Positions 35,236 to 44,969 of a stretch of 64,000 bases of DNA are shown here, one piece after another. Under the pieces are notes generated by a model. The model did no database searches and was not told the origin of the DNA. It saw nothing but the letters and a program-made list of their open reading frames with translations. This DNA is from Pirellulales bacterium. GTDB lineage: Bacteria > Planctomycetota > Planctomycetia > Pirellulales > Lacipirellulaceae. How positions within the stretch are numbered: the first letter of the stretch is position 1; the number at the start of each line of letters is the position of its first letter. The stretch spans positions 7,953-71,952 of the forward strand of contig JBGSMO010000487.1 of the NCBI GenBank assembly GCA_041740115.1. Direction: 5' to 3'. A program made the translations under genes and the position numbers.

Positions 35236-35473
35236 AAGCCGCGGCTCAACGAGCCACTGGAGCGGTTTACGAGCGGGTTCGTGCCGTGACGATAGCCGCT
35301 CCGGCCGGTCGTTGACCGGCATCTGCCGAATGCAGGTTCTGCGCTAAATCGATGCGCTGGACGCGGCTTGTGGCGGTTTGCGACTTCCGTCTAGAATGGC
35401 TAGCTTCAGCAATGCAGGCGCGGGGCGATTGGATCAGCCCGGCGCTTAGCGAACGAAGTCCCACCCCACGATC

Positions 35474-35851
35474 ATGCCTGAATTCCCTCCGCTGTTCGTC
35501 TACGCCATTATTCTGGTCGGCTTCGTGCTGACGAACTTGGCGCTGACGCATCTGATTGGCCCGAAGAAGCGAACGCCCGTTAAGGACATGCCCTATGAGT
35601 CTGGCATGGACCCGGTGGGCGACGCCCGTCAGCCGTTTAACGTGCGGTTCTGCCTGGTGGCCATCCTGTACCTGGTGTTCGACGTCGAACTGCTGTTCCT
35701 CTATCCCTGGGCGGTGAGTGCGTTCAGCGACGATGGAGGGATCCCGGCCGAACTGCGAGGGACGGTTTTCGGCATCATGCTTGCCTTCATCGCCACGTTG
35801 GTGATTGCTTACATCTATGCGTGGCGGAAGGGGGTTTTCAAATGGCGGTAG
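35474..35851 (+). CDS. nuoA: NADH-quinone oxidoreductase subunit A
   Basis: PYESGMDP...FDVELLFLYPWA. Confidence 0.96.
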   Translation: MPEFPPLFVYAIILVGFVLTNLALTHLIGPKKRTPVKDMPYESGMDPVGDARQPFNVRFCLVAILYLVFDVELLFLYPWAVSAFSDDGGIPAELRGTVFGIMLAFIATLVIAYIYAWRKGVFKWR

Positions 35852-36441
35852 GACTACCTGAAAACGTCTTTGTGACGAAGCTCGACGCGGCGGCCAACTG
35901 GGCCCGGACGAACAGTCTGTGGCCGATGCCGTTCGCGACCGCCTGCTGCGGCATCGAATTGATGGCGACGGCTTCGTCGCGGCACGACATTGCTCGCTTC
36001 GGCGCCGAGGTGATGCGGTTCAGTCCGCGGCAGTGCGATCTGCTGATCGTCGCCGGCCGCGTGGCGATGAAGATGTTGCCCGTGCTGCAGCGCATCTGGC
36101 TCCAAATGCCCGAACCAAAGTGGAGCATCTCGATGGGCGCCTGTGCCTGCACCGGCGGGGTGTTCGACACCTACGCGGTGGTACAGGGGGTCGATCGCTT
36201 CATCCCGGTAGATATGTACGTCCCTGGCTGCCCGCCGCGGCCCGAGCAACTGATCGCCGCGGTGATGGAGATGCAGGAAAAGATCAAGCGGACCGGGACG
36301 ATCACCGGCAAAGAGTTCTTGCAACGGACGACGTCGCCGGGGCCGCAGCCGTTTGACATCGACGAGCTCCGCCGCCGCCGCGAAGTGACGCCGGTGCCGG
36401 GTTTGGAGATTTACGGGCAACCGCCCGTAGCTGCTAAATAA
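35842..36441 (+). CDS. nuoB: NADH-quinone oxidoreductase subunit B
   Basis: FATACCGIE, SPRQCDL and YVPGCPPRPE. Confidence 0.97.
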   Translation: MAVGLPENVFVTKLDAAANWARTNSLWPMPFATACCGIELMATASSRHDIARFGAEVMRFSPRQCDLLIVAGRVAMKMLPVLQRIWLQMPEPKWSISMGACACTGGVFDTYAVVQGVDRFIPVDMYVPGCPPRPEQLIAAVMEMQEKIKRTGTITGKEFLQRTTSPGPQPFDIDELRRRREVTPVPGLEIYGQPPVAAK

Positions 36442-36445
36442 TTGA

Positions 36446-36544
36446 ACCACAACGGCACGAAGGACACGACGGAAATGCGAATGAAGCAGGGAAGACCGGA
36501 TATTATCCCCGTCATCTTCGTCGTGATCGTTGTGTCGTCGTGGT
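36446..36544. repeat. 9-nt-periodic imperfect palindrome (nuoB-nuoC junction)
   Basis: ACCACAACGGCACGAAGGACACGACG pairs imperfectly with 36519-36544. Confidence 0.75.
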
Positions 36545-36564
36545 GAGTTTTCAGAAGCAAAGAC

Positions 36565-37053
36565 ATGCCTAGCCTGGAAGAAATTCGAGCGAAAGTCGGA
36601 GCGGATATCGACGAATCGTCGTTCCGCGACAATCGGCGCGTCATGGTGCCGGCGGAAAAGGCGTTTACGCTGCTCGCTTGGCTGAAGGAGCAGGGCTTCA
36701 ACATGTTGGTCGACCTCACGGCGGTCGACTACTTGGAGTATCCGAAAGCGGTCGATCGGTTTCACGTCGTGTACGTGCTGCTGAACGTCGACAGCGGCGA
36801 ACGGCTGATCGTGAAGACGCCGCTCAACCCGCCGGAGTTGGAATTGCCGACTGTCACGACGCTCTGGAAGGGCGCCGATTGGATGGAACGAGAAGTGTAC
36901 GACATGTACGGGATCGTCTTCGCGGGACATCCCGACTTGCGTCGCATTTTGATGCCGGATGAATTCACCGCGTACCCGTTGCGAAAGGATTATCCGCGTA
37001 AGGGGTATGGAGAGCGACACAATTTCCCGGTGATCACGCGAGCTGAGAGTTAG
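36565..37053 (+). CDS. nuoC: NADH-quinone oxidoreductase subunit C
   Basis: ADWMEREVYDMYGIVFAGHPDLRRIL...PLRKDYP. Confidence 0.97.
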   Translation: MPSLEEIRAKVGADIDESSFRDNRRVMVPAEKAFTLLAWLKEQGFNMLVDLTAVDYLEYPKAVDRFHVVYVLLNVDSGERLIVKTPLNPPELELPTVTTLWKGADWMEREVYDMYGIVFAGHPDLRRILMPDEFTAYPLRKDYPRKGYGERHNFPVITRAES

Positions 37054-37055
37054 CC

Positions 37056-37163
37056 GTAGGTTGGGCTTTGAGCCCGACATGCGTGCTGAGTTGGTTTGAA
37101 ATCAAATCCGGTCGCAAGGCCCGACCTAAAACGTGATGCTGTCAGGCTGAACGCCTGACCTAC
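37056..37163. repeat. REPIN-like doublet, GTAGGTTGGGC family, copy B (nuoC-nuoD junction)
   Basis: GTAGGTTGGGCTTTGAGCCCGAC ... GTCAGGCTGAACGCCTGACCTAC. Confidence 0.8.
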
Positions 37164-37168
37164 AAACA

Positions 37169-38389
37169 ATGCCGCTCGCAGTATCAGACGCCGCTGAAGT
37201 GGATTCCGTCGATCAGGAGTACCTGTGGACGCTGAACTTCGGCCCGCAACATCCGGCGACCCACACGACGCTGCGCCTGGTGCTGAAGCTCGACGGCGAG
37301 AAGGTGATCGACGCGGTCCCTCACATCGGCTACCTGCATAGCGGGTTCGAGAAGTTGGGCGAAGACCTCGACTTCAACCAGTACGTGACCATCGTCGACC
37401 GGATGAATTACATCTCGCCGATGGCCAACGAAATTGCGTGGCACCACACGGTCGAGAAGCTGCTCGGCATTGAGCTGACGCCGCGGTGCAAGTACCTGCG
37501 CACGATTCTCGCGGAGCTGATGCGGCTGCATGATCACCTGCTCTGCTGCGGGGCTCAGGCGCTGGATCTTGGCGCATTTACGGCGTTTCTTTATGCGTTC
37601 ACGCAACGCGAGAAGATTTACGACCTGGCCGAGTATGCGTCGGGGCAGCGTTTTCACGCGAGCTACACCCGCGTCGGCGGCGTGATGTTCGACGTGAACA
37701 GCGACTGGGCGGCTCAGGTGAAGCGGTTCACCGAAGGGTTCAAACCGGTCCATGCGGAACTCCATCGGTTGCTGACGCGCAACCGGATCTTCATCGATCG
37801 CTGCAAGGGGATCGGCGTCCTCACGCCTGAAGATGCGATCAACATGAGCGTCACCGGTCCTCTCGCCCGCGCGAGCGGCGTCGTCCGCGACATTCGCAAG
37901 GATGAGCCGTATCTCGCTTATGCTGATCTCGACTTCAAGGTCGTCTGCGCCAAGGGCGGCGACGTCTATTCTCGTTATCTCGTTCGCATGGCCGAGATGA
38001 TGGAAAGCATCAAAATCATCGAGCAGGCTATCGATAACATTCCGGGCGGCCCGGTGAACGTCGACGCGGTGACCGACGTCGTGTTGCCGACGAAGCCAGC
38101 CGTGTATCGCAGCATCGAAGGGTTAATTCAACACTTCGAAGTGCTGATGCCGAACCGCGGCTTCCCGGTGCCGACGGATGAAGTCTACGGGGCCACGGAA
38201 TCGCCAAACGGCGAGCTGGGGTTCTATCTGGTGGGCGACGGCAGCAACCGCGCCTACCGCTGCCGGACGCGGCCGCCGTCGTACATCCATTTTTCGATTT
38301 TCCCCCACCTAATCCGCGGGCATCAGTTGAGCGACGTGGTGGCGGTGTTGGGGAGTCTCAATATCATCGCGGCCGAGTTGGACCGTTAA
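37169..38389 (+). CDS. nuoD: NADH-quinone oxidoreductase subunit D
   Basis: LNFGPQHPATH, GYLHSGFEK, DRMNY and GSLNIIAAELDR. Confidence 0.97.
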   Translation: MPLAVSDAAEVDSVDQEYLWTLNFGPQHPATHTTLRLVLKLDGEKVIDAVPHIGYLHSGFEKLGEDLDFNQYVTIVDRMNYISPMANEIAWHHTVEKLLGIELTPRCKYLRTILAELMRLHDHLLCCGAQALDLGAFTAFLYAFTQREKIYDLAEYASGQRFHASYTRVGGVMFDVNSDWAAQVKRFTEGFKPVHAELHRLLTRNRIFIDRCKGIGVLTPEDAINMSVTGPLARASGVVRDIRKDEPYLAYADLDFKVVCAKGGDVYSRYLVRMAEMMESIKIIEQAIDNIPGGPVNVDAVTDVVLPTKPAVYRSIEGLIQHFEVLMPNRGFPVPTDEVYGATESPNGELGFYLVGDGSNRAYRCRTRPPSYIHFSIFPHLIRGHQLSDVVAVLGSLNIIAAELDR

Positions 38390-38403
38390 AAACATTCCGA
38401 ACC

Positions 38404-38512
38404 AACCACGAAGCCACCAAGGCACGAAGGAGATCACGAAGAATTGCCTGAGAGCCAGGCCGATCAGCACAACTCATTTCATTCTTCTTTGTGCCTTCGT
38501 GTCTTCGTGGTT
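38404..38512. repeat. 9-nt-periodic palindrome (nuoD-nuoE junction)
   Basis: AACCACGAAGCCACCAAGGCACGAAG pairs with 38487-38512 (23/26). Confidence 0.85.
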
Positions 38513-38525
38513 AAGCATTAAAACG

Positions 38526-38999
38526 ATGCCAGTACTTTCAGAACAAATTCGCGAGCGGATTCGGGCCGAGTTCCCGAAGTATCCCGACCGTCGGGCGGTG
38601 ACGTTGCCGGCGCTGCATATCGTCCATGACGAGTTGCGTCAGGTCTCGCCCGAGGCGATTCGGGAGATTTCGGAATTGCTCGAAATCCACCCGGCTGAGA
38701 TCCACGACACGATGTCGTTTTACAACTTTTTCCGCGAGCCTGATCGGCCGCTGGGAAAGCGGCGGGTCTGGGTCTGTCGGAGCATTTCCTGTATGCTTCG
38801 TGGCGGCGAGGAACTGCTGGAAAACCTGTCCCATAAGTGGCATGTCGGTCCGGGCCAGACGTCGGCCGACGGATCGGTGTCGCTCGAATACGCCGAGTGT
38901 CTGGGAGCGTGCGAAGGAGCGCCTTGCATCCTCGTGGACGATGAGTGCCACATGAACGTCTCGGAGGAAGACGTTGAGAGGATTGTGGGCAAGCACTAG
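38526..38999 (+). CDS. nuoE: NADH-quinone oxidoreductase subunit E
   Basis: CRSISC...ECLGAC 2Fe-2S motif. Confidence 0.96.
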   Translation: MPVLSEQIRERIRAEFPKYPDRRAVTLPALHIVHDELRQVSPEAIREISELLEIHPAEIHDTMSFYNFFREPDRPLGKRRVWVCRSISCMLRGGEELLENLSHKWHVGPGQTSADGSVSLEYAECLGACEGAPCILVDDECHMNVSEEDVERIVGKH

Positions 39000-39051
39000 C
39001 CCGTGCGGTGGCCATTATGATGGTCCGTCCTCAATCGAATAAGTTAGCCAT

Positions 39052-39124
39052 GGGTCCAGGGTTCGGGGTTCAGTGAATACTGAATTCTCTTTCCCTGAAC
39101 CCCATACCCCGAACCCTATACCCT
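39052..39124. repeat. 7-nt-periodic palindrome (nuoE-nuoF junction)
   Basis: GGGTCCA-GGGTTCG-GGGTTCA versus CTGAACC-CCATACC-CCGAACC; 39058-39068 pairs perfectly with 39107-39117. Confidence 0.75.
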
Positions 39125-39129
39125 CCCTG

Positions 39130-40467
39130 ATGCCCGCATTCGAACCAGTCCTGTTGGCCCGCATTGCCAAGCCGAACAGCGCGAAGCTGGAAACGTATCG
39201 CGCCGATGAAGGCTACGAAGCGCTGAAGAAGGCGCTTGCGATGGCGCCGGCCGACGTGACGACGCTCGTGAAGGACTCGGTCCTCCGCGGTCGCGGCGGC
39301 GCTGGTTTCCCCGCGGGGCTCAAGTGGACCTTCCTGCCGAAGGATCACCCGGGCCCGATCTATCTCTGCGTCAACGCGGATGAGAGCGAGCCGGGGACGT
39401 TCAACAACCGGATCCTGATGGAACTCGATCCCCATCAGTTGATCGAAGGAATCGCGATCGCCTGCTACGCGATCAAGTCGGAGAAGGCGTACCTGTACCT
39501 ACGCTACGAGTATGGCCGGAGCTACCGGGTGCTCGATGCGGCGATTAAGGAATGCTACGCGGCGGGTTTGCTCGGCAAGAACATTCTCGGCACGGGCTTC
39601 AATCTCGACATCGTGCTCCACCGCGGGGCGGCCGCCTACATCTGCGGCGAAGAGACGGGCTTGATTGAAAGCCTCGAAGGCAAGCGGGCCTGGCCGCGGA
39701 TCAAGCCGCCGTTCCCTGCCATTGAAGGCTTGTTTCGCAAGCCGACCATCGTCAACAACGTCGAGACGCTCTGCTGCGTCACGCACATTCTCAATCGCGG
39801 TTCGGAGTGGTTTAAGTCGATCGGCGTCCCGCCTGATCCGGCCAATCCTCGCGATTTGGGAAGCTACGGCCCGAAGCTGTACTGCATCAGCGGCCACGTG
39901 AATAAGCCCGGCTGCGTCGAGTTGCCGCTGGGCGTCACCGCTCGCGAACTGATCGACGAACATGCGGGCGGCGTCTGGAAAGGCCGTAAAGCGAAGGCGG
40001 TCGTGCCGGGCGGCATCAGCATGGGTTTTCTCTCGGCCGATGAACTTGACACGCCGCTCGATTTTAACGGTCCGGGCAAGGCAGGCTGCTTGGGCCTGGG
40101 TACTGCAGCGGTCGTCGTCGTCGACGATCAGACGAGCATGGTCGACGTGCTGTACAACTGCTGCCGGTTCATGTCGCACGAATCGTGTGGTCAGTGTACG
40201 CCGTGCCGCGAAGGGACTTCTTGGATGACGAAGATCCTCGAACGAATCCGCGCAGGTCACGGCAAGATGGAAGACCTCGATACGCTCACCGAAGTTGCCG
40301 GGTCGATGGGAATCATTCCGGGCACGACGATCTGCGGCCTGTCCGACGGCGCCGCCTGGCCGGTGAAGAATGCGATCAAGAAGTTCCGCGGCGACTTTGA
40401 GGAATACATCACGAGCGGCCGGCGATCGGTGACGAGCGCTCAAGAGTTAATGGCGGGAGCCCACTAG
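39130..40467 (+). CDS. nuoF: NADH-quinone oxidoreductase subunit F
   Basis: LRGRGGAGFPAGLKW, NADESEPG, AYICGEET and ESCGQCTPCREG. Confidence 0.97.
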   Translation: MPAFEPVLLARIAKPNSAKLETYRADEGYEALKKALAMAPADVTTLVKDSVLRGRGGAGFPAGLKWTFLPKDHPGPIYLCVNADESEPGTFNNRILMELDPHQLIEGIAIACYAIKSEKAYLYLRYEYGRSYRVLDAAIKECYAAGLLGKNILGTGFNLDIVLHRGAAAYICGEETGLIESLEGKRAWPRIKPPFPAIEGLFRKPTIVNNVETLCCVTHILNRGSEWFKSIGVPPDPANPRDLGSYGPKLYCISGHVNKPGCVELPLGVTARELIDEHAGGVWKGRKAKAVVPGGISMGFLSADELDTPLDFNGPGKAGCLGLGTAAVVVVDDQTSMVDVLYNCCRFMSHESCGQCTPCREGTSWMTKILERIRAGHGKMEDLDTLTEVAGSMGIIPGTTICGLSDGAAWPVKNAIKKFRGDFEEYITSGRRSVTSAQELMAGAH

Positions 40468-40560
40468 CAGCGGCAGCGAAGAATTTAGTTTTGTAGCCGG
40501 ACCGAGACCGAACGAGACACCAACCACGCAGCCTCTCCCTACGCGGGCGAGGAGTTTGTA

Positions 40561-42240
40561 ATGCCCACGGCGATCATCAACAACCAACCGCTCGAACTCA
40601 AAGACGGGGAGCAGCTCAACTGCATCCAGGCGGCGCAGCGGATCGGCTACGAGATTCCCTCCTACTGCTGGCATCCGGCGTTGTCGGTCGTGGCGAGTTG
40701 TCGCATGTGCCTCGTCGAGGTGGGAGATACCAAGCCGGACGGCACCGTCGTGATGCAGCCGAAGCTCGTTCCCGGCTGTCAGACGCCGGTGAAAGAGGGC
40801 ACGGTTGTCATCGCCGATAGCGAAAAGGTGAAGGCGGCTCAGAAGGCGACGCTCGAATATCTGCTGCTGAACCATCCGCTCGACTGCCCCACCTGCGATC
40901 AAGCGGGCGAGTGCTTCCTGCAGGATTACAGCTACAAGTACGGTCGCGGCTACAGCCGGCTGCAAGAGCCGAAGAACATCAAGCCGGATAAAGACCACAT
41001 CGGCGAGCACATCACGCTCTTCACCGATCGCTGCATCATGTGCACCCGCTGCGTACGGTTCACGCGCGAGGTGAGCGGCACGTCGGAACTGCAGGTGATC
41101 TCCCGCGGCTCGGCGGAACAGATCGATATTTTCCCCGGCATCCCTTGCGACAACAAACTCGCGGGCAACGTGGTCGATCTTTGCCCCGTCGGCGCCCTCT
41201 GCAGCAAGGACTTCTTGTATCAGCAGCGCGTCTGGTGGCTGAAGACGACCAAAAGCGTCTGCCCCAATTGCAGCACCGGCTGCAGCGTCGACGTCGATCA
41301 GAACGAGGACCAGGTTTACCGCCTGACGCCTCGCCCGAATCCGCTGTCGCAGGGCGACTTCATGTGCGACGAGGGGCGGTTCGGCTGGAAGTACATCCAC
41401 TCGGATCAGCGGCTCACCTTTCCGGCTCGCCGGAAGAATGGCGAAGTCCGCACCCGCGACTGGGACGACATTATTCCGTCGCTGCAAAAAGCGCTGACGA
41501 AGGCGGTGGCCAAGTCTCCTGAGAAGTGCGCGGCCGTCTTCTCGCCGTGGATGACGGTCGAAGAAGCTTACATGCTGGCGAGCTACCTTCGCGGCCTCTC
41601 GCCGAAGGTGAAGCTCGCCCTGGGCCCGGTGAAGACGGTTGGCGAAGACGACACCTACCCGAAGGACTTCTACGGCAAGCCGATGGAGCCGGTGAAGTTC
41701 ACGATTCGCGCCGAGAAGGCGCCGAACCGCCGCGGCGTGCAGATGGTGTTGACTCACTTCGGCGGCGCCGCGACGACGCTCGGCGATCTGGCGGCCGACG
41801 GGGCCGCCGGCAAGCTCGAAGCGATCTACCTCGTCGGCGGCGATCCGAGCGGCTGGCTCGAACCGCAGCAAGTGACGGGCCTCGGCAAAGCGGCGCTGGT
41901 GATCCTGCAAGACTTCCTGCCGTCGGCGATCAGCGACCGGGCCGACTTCCTGCTCACCGGCGGTTCGTTCGCCGAGCGGGACGGGAGCTTTGTGAACTAC
42001 AAGGGACTCGCCCAAGAGATTGGCCGGGCGATTCGCGGCCCCGACGGGACGCGGCCTGACGGACGGATTCTGTGGGAACTCACCGGCCGCAAGGGGTTGT
42101 TTAATCCCGCCGCGATCCGCAAGGAGATGGCCGACATAATCCCAGCGTTTGCCGCGTTCAAGCAAGGCGTGCTTGGCGACTACGGCGTAAAGCTCAACGA
42201 ACATGGCGCCCCTGAGCCGCACGTCGTGGTGAAGGCCTAG
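40561..42240 (+). CDS. nuoG: NADH-quinone oxidoreductase subunit G (short, 559 aa)
   Basis: CWH...CRMC, HPLDCPTCDQAGEC, CIMCTRC and CPNCSTGC...MCD cluster motifs. Confidence 0.94.
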   Translation: MPTAIINNQPLELKDGEQLNCIQAAQRIGYEIPSYCWHPALSVVASCRMCLVEVGDTKPDGTVVMQPKLVPGCQTPVKEGTVVIADSEKVKAAQKATLEYLLLNHPLDCPTCDQAGECFLQDYSYKYGRGYSRLQEPKNIKPDKDHIGEHITLFTDRCIMCTRCVRFTREVSGTSELQVISRGSAEQIDIFPGIPCDNKLAGNVVDLCPVGALCSKDFLYQQRVWWLKTTKSVCPNCSTGCSVDVDQNEDQVYRLTPRPNPLSQGDFMCDEGRFGWKYIHSDQRLTFPARRKNGEVRTRDWDDIIPSLQKALTKAVAKSPEKCAAVFSPWMTVEEAYMLASYLRGLSPKVKLALGPVKTVGEDDTYPKDFYGKPMEPVKFTIRAEKAPNRRGVQMVLTHFGGAATTLGDLAADGAAGKLEAIYLVGGDPSGWLEPQQVTGLGKAALVILQDFLPSAISDRADFLLTGGSFAERDGSFVNYKGLAQEIGRAIRGPDGTRPDGRILWELTGRKGLFNPAAIRKEMADIIPAFAAFKQGVLGDYGVKLNEHGAPEPHVVVKA

Positions 42241-42306
42241 ACCAGGAAGACGGGTTCGTCGTTATCGAAAACTGAAGGTATGTCAGGTTGAATGCCTGAC
42301 TGACGT

Positions 42307-43494
42307 ATGGACAAGATTCTCGAATACATCCCGGAAGATTTGGTCGTCACCCTCATCGCCATTGTGGCGGCGGTGGGCGCCATGCTGGGGGTGATTTCGT
42401 ATTTGATTCTGCTCGAGCGTAAGCTCTCGGCGTGGATGCAAGATCGCCGCGGTCCGAACCGCGTCGGCCCGATGGGCATCTTTCAGCCCTTTGCCGACGG
42501 CGCCAAGTTCTTGTTGAAGGAAGACGTCATCCCGGCGAACGCCGACAAGGTCCTCTTCCTCGCGGCGCCCGGCATCGGGTTGCTCACCACGATGCTGGCC
42601 TTCGCGGTGGTGCCGTACGGGCCGGTCGGCGTCGAGGGCGTTCCCTGGTTCTTGCGATTCATTATCGCGCCGAACGTCGACATCGGCATCGTCTTCATCT
42701 TTGCCGTGACGAGCTTGTCGGTGTATGGCGTGATCCTCGGCGGCTGGGCGTCGAACAACAAATACAGTGCGCTCGGGGCATTGCGGGCAAGCGCCCAAGT
42801 GATTAGCTACGAGATACCCCTCGGCATGTCTGTCCTTGGCATCGCCCTGCTTGGCAGCACGCTAAACATTCAAGAGATCCTGACGCAACAGGCAACGGGC
42901 GGGTTCTGGAACTGGTACTTCTGGACGCAACCGCTCGCCTGCCTCATCTTCTTCACCAGCGCGATGGCGGAAGCGAACCGGTTGCCGTTCGACCTTTCTG
43001 AGTGCGAACAGGAACTGGTCGGCGGCTTTCATACCGAATACAGCTCCATGAAGTTCGCCTTGTTCTTCCTCGGCGAATACACGCACGTCATCACGACGAG
43101 CTTTCTGACGGTCATCTTGTTCTTCGGCGGCTGGCATTTTCCTTGGATCGCCACGCCGGAGTCGACCTACGTCGGCGCCTGGATCGTCATGCTGCTCGTG
43201 CTGCTCACCAAGGTCTTCATGGTGATCGTGCTGATCATGTTGCTCCGCTGGACGATTCCGCGGTTCCGCTTCGATCAGCTAATGAATCTGTCGTGGAAGG
43301 CGCTCATCCCGCTGTCGCTGGCGAACATGCTCGCGGTGATGACGGTGCTGCAATTCGGGTGGGATCGCTGGTTGCTCGGGCCGATCTCGATTGGCCTGTT
43401 CGTGATTGCCGGCGTGATCAGCGTCGGATTCAAACGGGCGGAGATTCGCCATCGGCCGAGCGCCGTGGAACTTTCGCACCACTTGGTGACTTGA
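42307..43494 (+). CDS. nuoH: NADH-quinone oxidoreductase subunit H
   Basis: ERKLSAWMQDRRGPNRVGP and NRLPFDLSECEQELVGGFHTEY. Confidence 0.97.
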   Translation: MDKILEYIPEDLVVTLIAIVAAVGAMLGVISYLILLERKLSAWMQDRRGPNRVGPMGIFQPFADGAKFLLKEDVIPANADKVLFLAAPGIGLLTTMLAFAVVPYGPVGVEGVPWFLRFIIAPNVDIGIVFIFAVTSLSVYGVILGGWASNNKYSALGALRASAQVISYEIPLGMSVLGIALLGSTLNIQEILTQQATGGFWNWYFWTQPLACLIFFTSAMAEANRLPFDLSECEQELVGGFHTEYSSMKFALFFLGEYTHVITTSFLTVILFFGGWHFPWIATPESTYVGAWIVMLLVLLTKVFMVIVLIMLLRWTIPRFRFDQLMNLSWKALIPLSLANMLAVMTVLQFGWDRWLLGPISIGLFVIAGVISVGFKRAEIRHRPSAVELSHHLVT

Positions 43495-43544
43495 TCGAGC
43501 CCCCGCTTTCGCCTTAACGACTCAAAACATTAACCGCAGACGCC

Positions 43545-44228
43545 ATGGCTGTTGCAAAAGAAGACGTGATTTGGATCGAGGAGCCGGCAATGGGTTTCTG
43601 GGAGATGACGTTTCTCCCGGCGATCGTCGACGGCCTGAAGACGACCATCAAGCACGTCACCAACTATCAACCGGTCACGCAGCAGTACCCGGAAGAAAAG
43701 CCGGTGCTGCCGCTCCACTATCGTGGCGTTCATCGGCTCAATCGCGACGAGAAGGGGCGCGTCAAGTGCGTCGCCTGCATGCTCTGCGCAACCGCCTGCC
43801 CGGCCGATTGCATTTCGATCGAAGCGGCCGCGGCGCCGCCCGACTGGCCCGATCGCGACAAGTTCCCGGCGACGTTTGTGCTCGACGAGCTCCGCTGCAT
43901 CTACTGCGGCATGTGCGAAGAGGCGTGCCCCGTCGATGCGATCGAATTGACGCACATCTATGATCTCACCGGCGAGTCGCGTGCGGAACTCATGTACGAC
44001 CGCGAGAAGCTGCTCGCGGTCTACGACGAGACGAAGGATGACCCACGCGATCCGCTGCGGACTCGCCGCGGCAAGCTCGGACCGGCCGCCGATTTCGGTA
44101 CGCTGCCGACCCTGGCCCCCGCGACGCAAGTGACGCCGGGCGACCGCTCGGCGCAAGCGACGGCTCCCGGTACGATCCACACCTACAATAATCCCCGTCC
44201 CTTCGACGATCCTGGAGCGGCGCGTTAA
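43545..44228 (+). CDS. nuoI: NADH-quinone oxidoreductase subunit I
   Basis: CVACMLCATACP and CIYCGMCEEACP. Confidence 0.97.
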   Translation: MAVAKEDVIWIEEPAMGFWEMTFLPAIVDGLKTTIKHVTNYQPVTQQYPEEKPVLPLHYRGVHRLNRDEKGRVKCVACMLCATACPADCISIEAAAAPPDWPDRDKFPATFVLDELRCIYCGMCEEACPVDAIELTHIYDLTGESRAELMYDREKLLAVYDETKDDPRDPLRTRRGKLGPAADFGTLPTLAPATQVTPGDRSAQATAPGTIHTYNNPRPFDDPGAAR

Positions 44229-44234
44229 TCCACG

Positions 44235-44969
44235 ATGACTGACTCGGCTGTTCAAGGAGTGTTGTACGGATCGCTGGCCGCCGGCGCGGTCGGCATGTGG
44301 CTCGCCACGTCGCCGCGGACCGGGGCGCTGCGCGTCCTCGGCTCATTTCTCGCTTCGGCGGGACTGATCGCCGCCGTGGCGATGTTCAGCGGGCCCGGAG
44401 GCGACGTCACCAACAAGATTTTGTTCTGGTTGTTCGCCGGTTCGGCGCTGCTGAGCGGCGTGCTGATGGTGACGAGTCGCGAGCCGGTGTACGCGGCATT
44501 GTGGTTCGCTCTCGCCACGCTCGGGACTTGCGGCTTATTCATGATGCAGGCGGCGCCCTTCCTCGCGGCGGCGACGATCATCGTTTACGCCGGCGCCATC
44601 ATCGTGACGTTCCTCTTTGTGATCATGCTCGCCCAACAGCAGGGGCGGAGCTTTTACGACTACCGCGCCCGGACGCCGATCATGTCGATCGTCGCCAGTT
44701 GGCTGATGCTCGCCGCGTTACTCTGGAACTTCCAGGAATGGCAGCAGCGTGCGCCAGCTGCCGAGACAGGGCCCGCGCTGACCGCCGAAGCGGCGTCGAA
44801 TCCATTTAGCCAGCCAAGTGAACTCAACAAGTTCGATTCGCTGCGGGCGCTGGGCCTGTCGCTGTTCGGCGATTATCTTTACGCCGTCGAAATTGCAGGA
44901 ACGCTGCTCCTCGTGGCCGGCATTGGCGCCATCGCGATCGCGCCGCGGAGGGCCGAAGGAACGATATGA
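44235..44969 (+). CDS. nuoJ: NADH-quinone oxidoreductase subunit J
   Basis: IIVYAGAIIVTFLFVIML and EIAGTLLLVAGIGAI; has two extra N-terminal hydrophobic segments. Confidence 0.93.
   Translation: MTDSAVQGVLYGSLAAGAVGMWLATSPRTGALRVLGSFLASAGLIAAVAMFSGPGGDVTNKILFWLFAGSALLSGVLMVTSREPVYAALWFALATLGTCGLFMMQAAPFLAAATIIVYAGAIIVTFLFVIMLAQQQGRSFYDYRARTPIMSIVASWLMLAALLWNFQEWQQRAPAAETGPALTAEAASNPFSQPSELNKFDSLRALGLSLFGDYLYAVEIAGTLLLVAGIGAIAIAPRRAEGTI

Noticed and set aside
40447-42222. 591-aa minus-strand ORF (likewise 35854-37080, 39499-40443, 51142-52509, 60135-61331)
   Set aside because: Antisense shadows of well-supported genes, expected in high-GC DNA.
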